Positions 1 to 10,905 of a DNA stretch of 64,000 nt are shown piece by piece. The position numbers and the translations under genes were made by a program. The stretch is taken from positions 736,001 through 800,000 of the forward strand of contig CP000066.1 of NCBI GenBank assembly GCA_000002445.1, read 5' to 3'. Under the pieces are notes generated by a model that saw nothing but the letters and a program-made list of their open reading frames with translations, did not search any database and was not told where the DNA came from. The stretch is from Trypanosoma brucei (taxonomy: Eukaryota). The first letter of the stretch is position 1; each line of letters opens with the position of its first letter.

Positions 1-773
1 TAACCGGGATTACGAACCGTGCCTGCAATAAGTCCGGTGTACTGGCGGGAACCTCCTTCAATCACACGAAGTGCGTCGTCTGCATTACGCAACTCCCCTC
101 CAAAAACAAATTCATTTGGCTTCTTCCCATCAGCAGTTTTGTACTCGCGGAACCATTTAACAATGGTAGCCTTCAGCTCTTGTGGCACATTATTTAAAGA
201 CCCGTACGTACCGGTCGCATCGGGTCCAATGGCCTCCGTAATGACTTTCCAGTCGGTTTCCCCCTCGTCAATAAGTCCCAACAACCCGAGGACTCGAACT
301 GCCCTTACGGAACCAACTGCAAAGGGATTTGACGATAATTCAACGATATCAATGGGATCACCATCACCCCCACACGTCGTCAGTTGGTCCATTACTGAAG
401 GATCCTCCCATGTTTGTGGCGCAAAACCATAGTTGAAGGGGACATCACCATACTTGAAGAACCGCAAAGCATTGCCCTCTTTCTTTAATGTGTCTTGAGC
501 TATCGGGTTGTGCGGTTCTTCCTTCACGAGTTCCAATTTGGCACGCGTCCTTCTGGGAATCTCACATACAAATGTAATGACAGATGCATCAGGTGATGGA
601 TGTAGCGGAAGATCATGCCATGCCGAGCGCCTCGCAACGGATCCGGCCTCGCTGCTTGTGAAGTACATGCGCCACGCCCGCGTTCCCGCTGCTCCCACTT
701 CCTGCAATGCCCATGCGGGGAGCATAATGCCTGCTCCGGTCATCCCTTTAAACATAATTGATGTTGGGCGCAT
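1..773 (-). CDS. Soluble inorganic pyrophosphatase (family I). The C-terminus runs off the left window edge. It is absent from the ORF track because there is no in-window stop.
   Basis: Manual minus-strand translation gives MRPTSIMFKGMTGAGIMLPAW...SAWHDLPLHPSPDASVITFVCEIPRRTRAKLELVKEEPHNPIAQDTLKKEGNALRFFKYGDVPFNYGFAPQTWEDPSVMDQLTTCGGDGDPIDIVELSSNPFAVGSVRAVRVLGLLGLIDEGETDWKVI...VKWFREYKTADGKKPNEFVFGGELRNADDALRVIEGG. This aligns motif-for-motif with yeast IPP1 (FHDIPL, EIPRWTNAKLEI, NYGAFPQTWEDP, DNDPIDV, LDEGETDWKVIAI, EWFRIYKIPDGKPENQFAF). The ATG is at 773 and a ~40-aa N-terminal extension precedes the PPase core. Confidence 0.8.
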   Translation of the reverse strand, partial: MRPTSIMFKGMTGAGIMLPAWALQEVGAAGTRAWRMYFTSSEAGSVARRSAWHDLPLHPSPDASVITFVCEIPRRTRAKLELVKEEPHNPIAQDTLKKEGNALRFFKYGDVPFNYGFAPQTWEDPSVMDQLTTCGGDGDPIDIVELSSNPFAVGSVRAVRVLGLLGLIDEGETDWKVITEAIGPDATGTYGSLNNVPQELKATIVKWFREYKTADGKKPNEFVFGGELRNADDALRVIEGGSRQYTGLIAGTVRNPG

Positions 774-1198
774 ATTATAACCTGTATTGACAATACACAC
801 GTTTTCACCCCGACACTTTCCATAACCTGCTGCAGCGCGCAGCTTTGGAGATTCCCCTGTTCTTTCCGATGGGAATGAAAGAAGAAAAGCGGCAAAGGGA
901 GCAAAGAAGAAGAACTGGCACCAAGAGCTATGGTGAGAGCCATCAATATATTATTTTTTTTCCGATTTTCATGCTGGGTAACCCCAAAAACATCTGTTCT
1001 GTTTTTCCCTCATCCTCCTCCCTTTTGTTTCACACCATCCCATCATCACACACATTCTGAAACTATACAACACGGGACTATTGGTGACAGTACTTCAAAC
1101 GTCCACGAAACGCGTGGCGCTGCAACAAAACACAAATACGTGTTACTCCTTCTCCCTCTCTCTCTCTTACACACGCAGTCATGACTCCCAAAGCACCA

Positions 1199-1843
1199 TC
1201 ACCCCCTAAAGAACCCAATGATGCTTCCAGTGGCACGGCACATGTAAGAGCTCACCGTAGCAACTGCTGTTCGTAAGAAAGGCACAAAACTGAGCGCGTA
1301 CCACATCATGGATAGCACCTGAACAACCGCGAAGAATACAGCCAAAAAGCTCGACTTCCAATACAGAGTAAAAAAAAGTGTGAGCAGGAGAGATACGATA
1401 AATGCAATTCCAGCCTCCAACCGCTTTGCGCTAAAGAGAGAGTGTAGTTGTTGCTTGATACCCACAAGAAACATTGTGGAACCGAAGCAGAACATATTCC
1501 CGACGGTAAGGAAAAACGCAAATTTCTTAGGGAAGAGGGCAACCGTCGGAGCGAATAGTGCAGCAATGACTATAAAAACAATTCCCATCCCGAGTACCAT
1601 AAAAAAAGCCCAAAGTCGTTGAGAGTAGGAGAGATCCATCATCTCCCGCACATCTCCTATAAGTCCGGTATCCTCCGGTATATCCAAAACCTCAACCTCC
1701 GCTGGGGGCTCATCGGAAAACATCCCAAACGCCTGACGCTTCACACCGCCAAAAAAATTTCCCGCCGAGCTGAAGGCGGATCCAAAACTCTCCTGCGCAT
1801 TGCTCAGCATCATGGCTGCTAAACCAACAAGAGAAACCATCAT
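1199..1843 (-). CDS. SFT2/Got1-like vesicle-transport membrane protein
   Basis: ORF 1199..2035. The C-terminal 150 aa (LWAFFMVLGMGIVFIVIAALFAP...FAVVQVLSMMWYALSFVPFLRTAV) has the 4-TM SFT2 signature. The upstream 64 codons are Cys/Phe low-complexity read-through of a pyrimidine tract, so the start is placed at the MMVSLVGL ATG (1843). The start choice is uncertain by a few codons. Confidence 0.65.
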   Translation of the reverse strand: MMVSLVGLAAMMLSNAQESFGSAFSSAGNFFGGVKRQAFGMFSDEPPAEVEVLDIPEDTGLIGDVREMMDLSYSQRLWAFFMVLGMGIVFIVIAALFAPTVALFPKKFAFFLTVGNMFCFGSTMFLVGIKQQLHSLFSAKRLEAGIAFIVSLLLTLFFTLYWKSSFLAVFFAVVQVLSMMWYALSFVPFLRTAVATVSSYMCRATGSIIGFFRG

Positions 1844-1849
1844 AACAAT

Positions 1850-1935
1850 AACGATAAAAAAGAAAGATAAGAATAAAAAAAATAATAATAACGAGAATAG
1901 TAAAACAACAACAAATGAAAGATTATATGTAAACA
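1850..1935 (-). promoter_or_regulatory. Polypyrimidine tract (minus-strand sense) upstream of the SFT2-like CDS. It is a candidate trans-splicing / polyadenylation signal region.
   Basis: The + strand reads ataacaataacgataaaaaagaaagataagaataaaaaaaataataataacgagaatagtaaaacaacaacaaatgaaag (purine-rich), i.e. pyrimidine-rich on the coding strand immediately 5' of the start. In kinetoplastids such tracts direct SL addition to the downstream gene and polyadenylation of the upstream one. Confidence 0.5.
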
Positions 1936-2679
1936 AACCATCGGAAAATGGATAAGTACAACAACAATAACAATAAGAATACAGCGGGAACAAATGGAGA
2001 AAGAGGCACACCATGGTGCTCAATGCAAATTCCATTCAAAACACTCAATAATACAATAACAAAACAGACCACGCTGAAAGTATGTGGGTGAGCACACTAC
2101 AACAGTAGAGGTTGGTTCAGAAAAAAACTGTTGGAGGAAATCAAACACATCCCCACATAATGCAAAAACAACAATAATAATGATGTTGATGATAACAAAA
2201 CAAAGGGGAGGTTTCTCCTACTTTTTAAAATAATAGTTGATAGCCCACACACACACACACACACGCACCTGAGACTGAAGACTCATCCTTGGAAAAAAAA
2301 AACGATATGACACATCAAAGACAACAAACCGCCTTCGGAAATTCGTCAAACATCACCGCAATGTTTCCGAACATTTCAACCACAAATTGCCACAGCGATC
2401 AAAAATATGGCGGCCGTCCATTCCGAACACAACCGTTAATTTATTGCATCTGCAAACGGCTTCCAACACACGGATACCGTCACTCCCTCCCTCCCTCTCT
2501 CTCTCGATATTTAACCACCATCACATCGCAACACGGCCTTAGTTCTGACAGCATTCCCCTGCAGAATGGAAAACAGCAGAAACAGATATAAAAGAACACG
2601 TAAGTTAATCCCTCTTTTCTCTTGATTTAAAATAAAGGAAAAAAATGCGCGTCACCCACACCGCTATACTCATCTCTAG

Positions 2680-3582
2680 TTACACCATTTTGTAACTATA
2701 TAACCACGGCTGTGGCCCCTGCCGAACTCCATCAAATGACGGTGCCTCACGCATTTTATATCTTGATAACACTACGATAACTTCAGCGGGTTCATCAGAG
2801 CCCTCCGTATTAACATCCCCTCGAGTGTTTTGGGATAATTTCACTCGACGAAGGCACCGCATGAAATGCACTCGCCCACCCCTAACATTAAAATATGAGC
2901 AGTTCTTAATTAGAAGGGAGAAAGGAACCCCGTCAGCATGCGTATGAACACTGAAAGATGAATCAAGTTTACGTATCATTTGGAAGAGCTCCTGCGGTCG
3001 CACCTGAACCTCATCGTAGAAATGATTTGCATCGCGCTCGGAGTCTCTCAACGAGGAGGAATCGCCGACACCACTCCTCGACACGGTGTTTTGAATGGTG
3101 ATGACATCATTTTCCGCTACAAATTCTACCGGAAGCGGAGGTCCATATTTTAAAACGGCATCTCGTGCAAGAGAATCAAACCGTTGCTGAGCAATACTTT
3201 GTCCACTATGAGCATCCACGGTATCGTAACCGCAATGTTGCGCACGGGACAAATGCGAGCGTTCATTCCATTCGTTTGAAGTCGATGGTACCGTACGGCC
3301 GTAAGCGGTTTCATTTGCAAGCGCTTCACTCTGCTGCTGATGAAGCGCCTTAACATCTGCTGCGGTAAGTGGGCTTTGAATACCCAAAGCAGAGGAACCG
3401 TGTCGCCGCTTCCATTTTTCTTCTCTTCTCGTCGTTGCCGCCTGTTGTTTTAAAAATTCGTTCATGCAAACCCGGTGCGTCCATTGTTTTGTAGCTCTTC
3501 TGCCTGTGGAATTGACGACGGTGGCTAAACGGCGCTCGACACGTCGCTGCCGCCCGGTTGTAGCCAAAACTCCGCGAAACAT
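2680..3582 (-). CDS. Hypothetical protein (300 aa) with an Arg-rich N-terminus
   Basis: Clean 300-aa ORF with ordinary amino-acid composition and no homopolymer runs. The N-terminus MFRGVLATTGRQRRVERRLATVVNSTGRR resembles a mitochondrial presequence. No recognisable domain. Confidence 0.55.
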   Translation of the reverse strand: MFRGVLATTGRQRRVERRLATVVNSTGRRATKQWTHRVCMNEFLKQQAATTRREEKWKRRHGSSALGIQSPLTAADVKALHQQQSEALANETAYGRTVPSTSNEWNERSHLSRAQHCGYDTVDAHSGQSIAQQRFDSLARDAVLKYGPPLPVEFVAENDVITIQNTVSRSGVGDSSSLRDSERDANHFYDEVQVRPQELFQMIRKLDSSFSVHTHADGVPFSLLIKNCSYFNVRGGRVHFMRCLRRVKLSQNTRGDVNTEGSDEPAEVIVVLSRYKMREAPSFDGVRQGPQPWLYSYKMV

Positions 3583-4400
3583 ACCTCAGAACTGAAGAGT
3601 TGTATCGTGAAGAAACACACCATGAAAAGGATTTTTGTTGTTGTTGTTGTTATTTTTTTTTTCAAAAAGGAAAAAAAAGGAAAGGGAGAAGGAGAAGGAG
3701 GGGAAAGGAGGATCATAACAATGGACAAAAGGACCCACAGGTAAAGTTAAAACATATTAGCCTTAACGGAGCATAAAAGAGAATGGGAGAAAGGAAAAGA
3801 GTAAATTACAATGGAGTGCACAAAAGGCATTATCGTATCACTGATGTGCGGAGAGAGGTCCCGCCATGCCCTCCAGTCTATAATGTGCGCGGTCAGCATA
3901 AAAACACAACATATCACGCTCCAAAATAAAGATAGCAGTCGCGAACAAATAAATAGAATTAGGATTCTCGAGATTAGGCGAAACGCGTCAATATACTCAA
4001 CTCAGAGAAAATAAAGCCCCATCCTCCCTCCCCCTCCCTCTCTTCCCTTGCTAACGCGCAGCCAAGTCCAAATAATCACGTACGTATATCATGACGCGGT
4101 GGTAAAGATGAAGACCAGGCTTTTTTTTCGACGCAGCATGCAAAAGGGAAGAAAAAAAAAAAAAGAAACATCGCTCCTTCGGCACAACAACCAAATACAA
4201 AAAAGACAAGCGTGCCTCCGGGTGCGGTGTTCCAACTTCCTCCTTACACACTGCAAGCTGCGCGCACATGCAAGGGCGAGAAATACCGATATACATAAAT
4301 ATGAAAATGGAGCGAACCTACGATGAGAAGCGTAATGATGATGAATATCTCCTTTCTTGTAAAGTACAGGTAGCAGTGGTGTGATCCTCCCTAACATGCA

Positions 4401-6365
4401 CTAAGGAATCTGCGTCTCAGCTTTTTTTTTTACAAGTGGTATGTGTTCTGACTGCGACAATGCGTTTCGGGTTGAGACTTTAGTGATGCGGAGGGCCTCC
4501 CGCTCACGGGCGGACTGCACGAACCCAGTTGGATCCACCCGTAAGTGGGCAATCACCATCGAAATGATGAAAGCAATAAAAAAGAGAATTGCCAACAGCA
4601 ATAAAGTGCCTCGATTCATTCCTACGCCCAATTCATAGTCCTCGCCAGGTGATAACATCGCCGGGTCGGAGGAATTTGAAGATTGCTGCTGGTAGACAAG
4701 GTAAGAACTCATCATTCCTCGATCCTCATGATCAAGAGAATGGCAATGGTACACCACCTCACCGGGATAACTGGCGGCCCTCCAGCGCAGTACCGTCACA
4801 CCATCAAATATGGGAATTGTGTCACGAATGTCACCGGGAAAAATACCATAGTCTGACATGGACACATTTTGATGCATTCCTCCTTCTCGAGGTACAAAAC
4901 TAACGAACTTAAAGTGATTGACATGTGCGTGAAATGGATGAGGCATGGGATCGTTGGGGTCCCCGAAGATGTGGGCCTCCACGACCGCATTGAGAGGCAC
5001 CACAAAGCCGTGATATTTGTCGTAGTCGTGACCCTTTTGTCCCATAAAATGCTCATAATAACATGTGGTAGAATTCACGAGGGAAGAACAATCAGTACCC
5101 TGCCCTATAATATAGTACGATCCCTTACCTCGAAGGGTTAACTGCGAAAAGGAAATGGACCTCTTCACAGCAGCTCCCTTCGTGTTTAGGTAACGGACAC
5201 CGGTAAGGTTTGAGCGCACGGGAAACTCCACGAGCATCGGGTGCCTACTCACTGATGCAGCAACAGCAATGTAAAAAACTGTATCACCTGTTTCCACCAA
5301 GGAAACGGGAAATGTAGTCTTTTCCGTATAATTTCCATCACATTGAACCACCACATCGTAACGAGTGGCAGTGGTAAAGTACAACCAATGGGCAATAACC
5401 TCGCGTGACTTTGCAAGTGGTACGCCATCCGCAGCAACAATGTGGAACCGACACGCCTTCGGAAGACTGATGTTGAGGTGGCAGGAGCCGGCTGCGAATG
5501 CCATGCGAAAAAGTTTAGCCTCTCCGCTGTGGACTGTCACGGTGGGCTTATGTTGTCCATTGACGAAAAAGAGGTCTGAAGTTAACTCCAATTCTTTCCC
5601 CTTCCTGTTCATTATGCGAGGTCGTGAAGACATGTTGTTTCGTATGGCCTTGTCCACAAAATCCATAGTGCGACCGTCACATAACTTGGAGGCACGTAAG
5701 CGATAGAGGTGAATAAACAATGTAACTTGAGGCATGCTGAGCAGTGTGTCATCTCCCTTTACGTCATCCACAACTAAAGCACCGAACAAACCACCCATTA
5801 ACAAGAGGTGTGTGGAGCCATGAGCATGAGTGTGATACCAGTTTAGTCCGGGAAGGTGATCATCCGGAATAGGCAATCTATACCTAATGGACTTTTTGGG
5901 TTTCACTTCCTTGAAAACATCGTCGATATTTGGATCACCATGCACACCGTGGAAGTGAATGTTCGTTGAATTTACTCCATGGTAAGTGTACATGTTTTCT
6001 TCCCCATCTCCATAATCTTCGCTACCCAAGTCGTTAAACAGATTGAGAACGAGTTTCCCTCCAGGTTTGACATGTATAGTCGGCCCTGGAAGTTGTGGAA
6101 CACCATTGTAGACGTAAAGCCGTGTCTTATATGTAAACACGGCGCCTTTTCCAAACCCCTTCAATGGAATGGTCACCTCCACGGGACGGACGTTGAGGTT
6201 CAGCAGCGTGTCTCCTCCTGATGGAAAAATATCCGTTAATGGAACCAACTCTTCACATGCACGAGATATAACCACTAAGGGAAGGAGCAAATGCAAATGC
6301 AAATGCTGGAAGAAGCGGTTCAGAACCGCAGGCGCGGAGTGTTGGCCGGTGATTCGTCCATTCAT
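4401..6365 (-). CDS. Three-domain multicopper oxidase (Fet3/laccase-like) with signal peptide and C-terminal TM anchor
   Basis: All four Cu-ligand motifs are present: HFHGVHG, WYHTHAHG, HPFHAHVNHF, HCHSLDHEDRGMM. The start is placed at MNGRITG (ATG 6365), followed by the hydrophobic stretch LHLHLLLPLVVISRA. The C-terminus has the hydrophobic segment LLLLAILFFIAFIISMVIA plus a ~45-aa tail. There are many N-x-S/T sequons. The upstream 91 codons of the track ORF are low-complexity read-through. Confidence 0.85.
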   Translation of the reverse strand: MNGRITGQHSAPAVLNRFFQHLHLHLLLPLVVISRACEELVPLTDIFPSGGDTLLNLNVRPVEVTIPLKGFGKGAVFTYKTRLYVYNGVPQLPGPTIHVKPGGKLVLNLFNDLGSEDYGDGEENMYTYHGVNSTNIHFHGVHGDPNIDDVFKEVKPKKSIRYRLPIPDDHLPGLNWYHTHAHGSTHLLLMGGLFGALVVDDVKGDDTLLSMPQVTLFIHLYRLRASKLCDGRTMDFVDKAIRNNMSSRPRIMNRKGKELELTSDLFFVNGQHKPTVTVHSGEAKLFRMAFAAGSCHLNISLPKACRFHIVAADGVPLAKSREVIAHWLYFTTATRYDVVVQCDGNYTEKTTFPVSLVETGDTVFYIAVAASVSRHPMLVEFPVRSNLTGVRYLNTKGAAVKRSISFSQLTLRGKGSYYIIGQGTDCSSLVNSTTCYYEHFMGQKGHDYDKYHGFVVPLNAVVEAHIFGDPNDPMPHPFHAHVNHFKFVSFVPREGGMHQNVSMSDYGIFPGDIRDTIPIFDGVTVLRWRAASYPGEVVYHCHSLDHEDRGMMSSYLVYQQQSSNSSDPAMLSPGEDYELGVGMNRGTLLLLAILFFIAFIISMVIAHLRVDPTGFVQSAREREALRITKVSTRNALSQSEHIPLVKKKAETQIP

Positions 6366-7210
6366 TCCTTCAGGTTTATTTAATTTTCGGTCACAGCCAC
6401 ACACACAAAAGAAAACACAGGCACGTGTGTACGCTGCGGTGCCGTCCCTGGGGCTGTAAATCTTTTCTTCAAACCCCCCACTTTTATACGATGAGCTAGT
6501 CGGTGTACAAATATATATATATATATATAAGAATGCCCCACTAACAGAGCTGTGCATATGAGCAAAAAAGAAAAAACAAACAAACAAATGAATGAATAAA
6601 CCAAAGTGGAAGATGAAAACATATGAGAAGAGAAGCAAGGAAACAAATATTCACAACCAAACAGAAAGCGAAACAACATATAAAATAGACAAAACCCGTA
6701 TGTGTGTTTCTTTATTCCCCCCTTTTTCCCCCCTCCCCCTCCCTCCAATGAAAAAAAAAAACACCTCCACACATATCCTCCTTTTCAATGCACATGCAAA
6801 AAGACAGAGAGAGAGAGAGGGAAAAAAAAAGAGAGAAAAAGAAATAATGAATTTATACTCACTCATACGCCCACGCCAGCGCAATGGAAGTGCCCAACTG
6901 AATCCAGTCAACAACTAAATACAGAGGGAAAAAGAAGAAATGGGGGAACTGGCGGGGAGGGAGAAGGGGGGGGAAAAAAAAAGAATGCATCTCAGACAAA
7001 TCGAAAGAATTGAAATGCACCATACGCTACACAGCATACCGTCACGCTACAACAACAAAAAAAAAAAAGAAAAATCCTACCTATCATGCTTCCTCCCAAC
7101 CAAAAAACCAAAACATCAACAACGCAACGAAATGCAATAAAAGCGAATAACAGTAATGATAACTCCTTCGCTCTACTGCATGCAAAGAAGAACAAAACAA
7201 CAACATACAA

Positions 7211-7244
7211 CATCATTATCATCATCATCATCATCATCATCATA
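7211..7244. repeat. (CAT)n trinucleotide microsatellite
   Basis: catcattatcatcatcatcatcatcatcatcat in an intergenic spacer. Confidence 0.95.
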
Positions 7245-7317
7245 TAACTCCCTAAAACCGTACGCAACTGCACATTAACATGAACACCAACAGAAATGAC
7301 CCGATAATTCCACTACA

Positions 7318-7632
7318 CTACACGACTCGACTTAACTCCTCCAATTGCTCTACGGAACATCCCGTCCATTTGGGATGTGTAATGTCAACATCATTATTAA
7401 TAATCATTTGCTTATATTTAGTTTCATTCCTGCGGGCAATGGGATCACGCCAGTAGGGATATCCCGCCCACCAGCCATATTTGCGTTCCGTTTCCTCTGA
7501 GCAATGGCTCATGTGCTTCCATAAAAATATAATAGTGAAAATCCCAACCGCGGCATGCATCGGATATTCCTGAGTGAATAATTTCAGTTGGAAAACCGGT
7601 AGCCGGTCACACTTCCAACGAGTGTAAACCAT
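7318..7632 (-). CDS. Small hypothetical protein (104 aa), candidate membrane/mitochondrial subunit
   Basis: Non-repetitive ORF on the coding strand of the array, with aromatic/Trp-rich motifs (GWWAGYPYWRDP) and one hydrophobic segment (AAVGIFTIIFLW). A polypurine tract lies upstream on the + strand (polypyrimidine on the minus strand). No homolog recognised. Confidence 0.35.
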   Translation of the reverse strand: MVYTRWKCDRLPVFQLKLFTQEYPMHAAVGIFTIIFLWKHMSHCSEETERKYGWWAGYPYWRDPIARRNETKYKQMIINNDVDITHPKWTGCSVEQLEELSRVV

Positions 7633-8286
7633 TTTTCTGCGCTTGTATGCGTAGGCGCGCTTTTACTCTCTCTCTTTTTTTTTTATTCTTCTTCTTTTGT
7701 TTTTGTTGTTGTTTTTCAATACAAGAAACAAAAGGGCAACAACAACAAAAAAAAAAAGATGGGGTCTCCTCACAAGCGGGGGTCTCTCTGAGAAACTTAT
7801 CCTCTTTTAAAGAAAAAAAAAAAAGAAACAATTAGCAAGTAGTGTTATGGAAACAGCAAAAAAAAAAGTGGGGGAGAGATGGTGAAGACAATGGTACAAG
7901 TACAGAAATACACCCGTACACGTTATACACTCATATATTTTTATTCACTTATTTATTTACATTTGACAATGCGGAATCGCTGCAGAGAACGTGTAAGAAG
8001 GCATGTGATGGAACCCCCATCCATATCATCACTGTTATTTCTTCTGATACAAAAGAAAAAAAAAAGAAAAAAGAAAAGAAGGAAGAAAAGAGAATTTCAG
8101 CCTCCATTCCAATCCCAGAGAAATACAGTGGAGAGGTTAAATAGTAGAAGAGAAGTAATAACAAGCAATGCGAATGGGGAAGTCTCGCAGAGAGCGCGAG
8201 TGAAAGGTTCTAACATGACAAAAGAAGAAAAAAAGAAAGAAAAGAAAAAAGTAGTACATCCACAATTACATCGGAGTTCATCCATT

Positions 8287-9255
8287 CTAATCGGTCCACG
8301 TCATGCCGTCGACCGGAGTTTCTTCACACACTTCAAGTGCGCTGGTGGGAGCCCACGTGCCTCGTTTAAATGTACCCGTTTGAGCCATTTTCAGCGCTGG
8401 GTAATGCATAGATGCCGCTTCATCACAAGGCCTGTTCTTTTTGTTGAAGTGTCCCTCATAATAAACCCCATCAGGGAATATCCACTGGCCGTGTGTAAAG
8501 ACGCCATCATTCCACATGCCGCGATATTCGTTTCCGCCTACAAAGTGATATGTCCCATAACCATGCTTGCGTCCATTCTTCCAGTTGCCCGAGTAAATGT
8601 CACCATTGAGGTAAAAAAACATCCCGCGACCCTCACGCTTGTTCTCGAGGAATTCTCCCTTATACACCGTACCGTCTTTGTTCTTCATTAGTCCTCGCCC
8701 AACACGCTTACCGCGCACGTAGTCTCCATGATAGCATGGATGAAACCCGTATTCAATAATATATGAAATGATGTGACAGCCTATCTTATATCTGTCCGCT
8801 ACAGCCTTCACAAAGTTCTCACCAGCCACCACATCACCGAGCTTCTGCAGCTCCTTCTCCACAATTCTATCGCACTCACTTTTCCCCAAACTCACAAAAA
8901 TGTACCGCCCCCTTCCATGTTTCTTCCCTTCAAAAAACTCCCCATCATAGCGGTCACCATTAGCATAAATTGCCTTTCCACTTCCCGTGCGCTGTTGGAA
9001 CTCATCACGAAGCCCGGCATATATTCCCAGCGTGCATACGGAACGGACAAAGTTGCGGTCATAATTCATACCTTCCCCTTCCATTTCTTCACAAAAGGTA
9101 TCAGCCCATGCATCCACATCCGCCTCACGCTCATCCTCAGGCTTTTGCAGGTATGATTCCTCAAATTTCAACCATACAAACATCTCTGCAGCTTTAAACC
9201 CCGTCGTCTCATCAACCTCATCGTAGTTTATCTCCACATTCTTTTGCTTCGACAT
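8287..9255 (-). CDS. MORN-repeat protein
   Basis: At least 7 tandem MORN units with the Y-x-G-x-(F/W)-x-x-G-x-(K/R)-H-G-x-G pattern, e.g. YDGEFFEGKKHGRGRY, YKGEFLENKREGRGMF, YSGNWKNGRKHGYGTY, YRGMWNDGVFTHGQW. An acidic N-terminal region precedes them. Confidence 0.8.
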   Translation of the reverse strand: MSKQKNVEINYDEVDETTGFKAAEMFVWLKFEESYLQKPEDEREADVDAWADTFCEEMEGEGMNYDRNFVRSVCTLGIYAGLRDEFQQRTGSGKAIYANGDRYDGEFFEGKKHGRGRYIFVSLGKSECDRIVEKELQKLGDVVAGENFVKAVADRYKIGCHIISYIIEYGFHPCYHGDYVRGKRVGRGLMKNKDGTVYKGEFLENKREGRGMFFYLNGDIYSGNWKNGRKHGYGTYHFVGGNEYRGMWNDGVFTHGQWIFPDGVYYEGHFNKKNRPCDEAASMHYPALKMAQTGTFKRGTWAPTSALEVCEETPVDGMTWTD

Positions 9256-9285
9256 ATCTACCTGTTCAGTTTATATACTGGAATT

Positions 9286-9288
<3 letters not shown>

Positions 9289-9324
<36 letters not shown>

Positions 9325-9367
9325 AACTCCGTGTTGGAGGGATGAAACGTATATATATATATATATA
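9289..9367. repeat. Two (TA)n microsatellites separated by a 28-bp spacer, followed by (TTG)n at 9370..9397
   Basis: (at)16 at 9289..9320 and (ta)9 at 9349..9367, then tgttgttgttgttgttgctgttgtt. Confidence 0.95.
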
Positions 9368-10905
9368 ATGTATTGTTGTTGTTGTTGTTGCTGTTGTTAT
9401 TTCTTCTCTTTATTTTATTTCTTCTGGTGTTTCTCCTCTCCTCTTTGGTTCTATTTGGTTTAATTCCCTCACCTCCCTTTTCTTGCAAATGACATAATGG
9501 CGGTAAAGAAAGTTTAAAAGATTTGGTGGGGAGGAGGGGTTTTTTTAAAAAAAACAAAAAAGAGAGACAGAGAGAGACATAAAATCGGTTAAGTCTTTCC
9601 TCAGAGCGGAGTACCAAACACATTATTAAACAACTGACAAGAGGAATAATTCAACAAAACCAAAGAAAAAACAATAGTTCGATGCTAAATAACAACTTAA
9701 ATAAAGCAACAATTAATAAAAATTGTTGTTAGTATTATCACTACCGCGAGTGATTTATACACACAAATAAATAAATATCGCCGTACAGATGTCTGCAGCA
9801 GTAAACATTTGCCTTCACAGTGGCGTCGCTCAATATTTCAGTTTGTATGTAAATGCTATGAAAACTATGGCTTCAACTGCGGGTGTACTCTCTAAAAATT
9901 ATAAAACATGAGGCGCCATCATACACACACGCACACGCTCACACAAAAAGAAAAAAGAAAAAAGACGAGCATCCATTTCCTTTTTGCCTTTTACCAATCG
10001 TTAGAATTATGCCGCTATTTTCCTCTACAAACTAATGCAATCTGCTGCCAATGATAAGATATAAATATTAATATAAATGTATTTCTGATTTAGCTTTTAT
10101 CCTTCCTTCAAACTTGTGTGGCTCCAATACGCAGGTACGCATGGAATCTCATTGCAACGCTAACTTAAAGCAAAACCTAAAAAAATAAAAATAACAATAA
10201 TAATAATAATAATAACGGAAAGTAAATAGAGAAAATAATGAATAGATAATAGAAAAATGGAAGCAAGAAAAGGAATCAAACAAATAAGTACACTGCAATA
10301 TGTGATAACACGCATGTAAGCAAATACATTAATTAATATATGAACACGTGCTATTAAGCCAGAGTGAAGGATAATGTAGCAGCGGTTATGGTAGCGCATG
10401 AAAGTATTCGATTTCCCACCGCTTAGTGGAAGGAAAATTGGTCACAACATCCATTACTTTCACTTCCCCTACACTTCCCTTCTCACTCAAGCCTCCATCC
10501 ATTCTCTCTTTTCTTTTCTATTTTGTTTTTTTTTTTAAAAAAGAAAAAAAATATTATTTTGCTTTTTTGATTTAATATATTCTTTAACTCAGAAGTTATT
10601 TAAGTAACTCAAATAGTCCCTAGTTCATATCTCACTCCCCTGCGTTGGCGTCGGTGTTGTCTCGTTGCGTTTGTTAGTATGGCATTAACAAAGAAAAAAA
10701 AAAGAGGAGAAAAGAGTCAAAAGTGAGAAAAGGTGCTAAAAAAACAAAAAAAGAAAAGTGTTCCATACATTCGCGTTGCGATGTATGTTGTCTTTCCTCC
10801 TCTTCTCCTATCCCACACGAACACAAATATATAAACACAAAAGCACTTCTTTCACTCTCTCTTTCTCTCTTTCTCTCTTTCTTTTTCTCCTCACGCCGCT
10901 CCTCT

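Noticed and set aside
19-432. 137-aa + strand ORF at the left edge
   Set aside because: It is the antisense of the inorganic pyrophosphatase CDS found by manual minus-strand translation. It is S/P/T-rich, as expected of antisense reading.
7879-8691. 270-aa + strand ORF
   Set aside because: The N-terminal half is K/R/E homopolymer from purine tracts. The C-terminal half is the antisense of the MORN-repeat gene.
9289-9367. Regularly spaced (TA)n blocks that could superficially resemble a repeat-spacer array
   Set aside because: Only two units, with no conserved repeat sequence beyond the dinucleotide. This is a eukaryotic genome, so it is not CRISPR.
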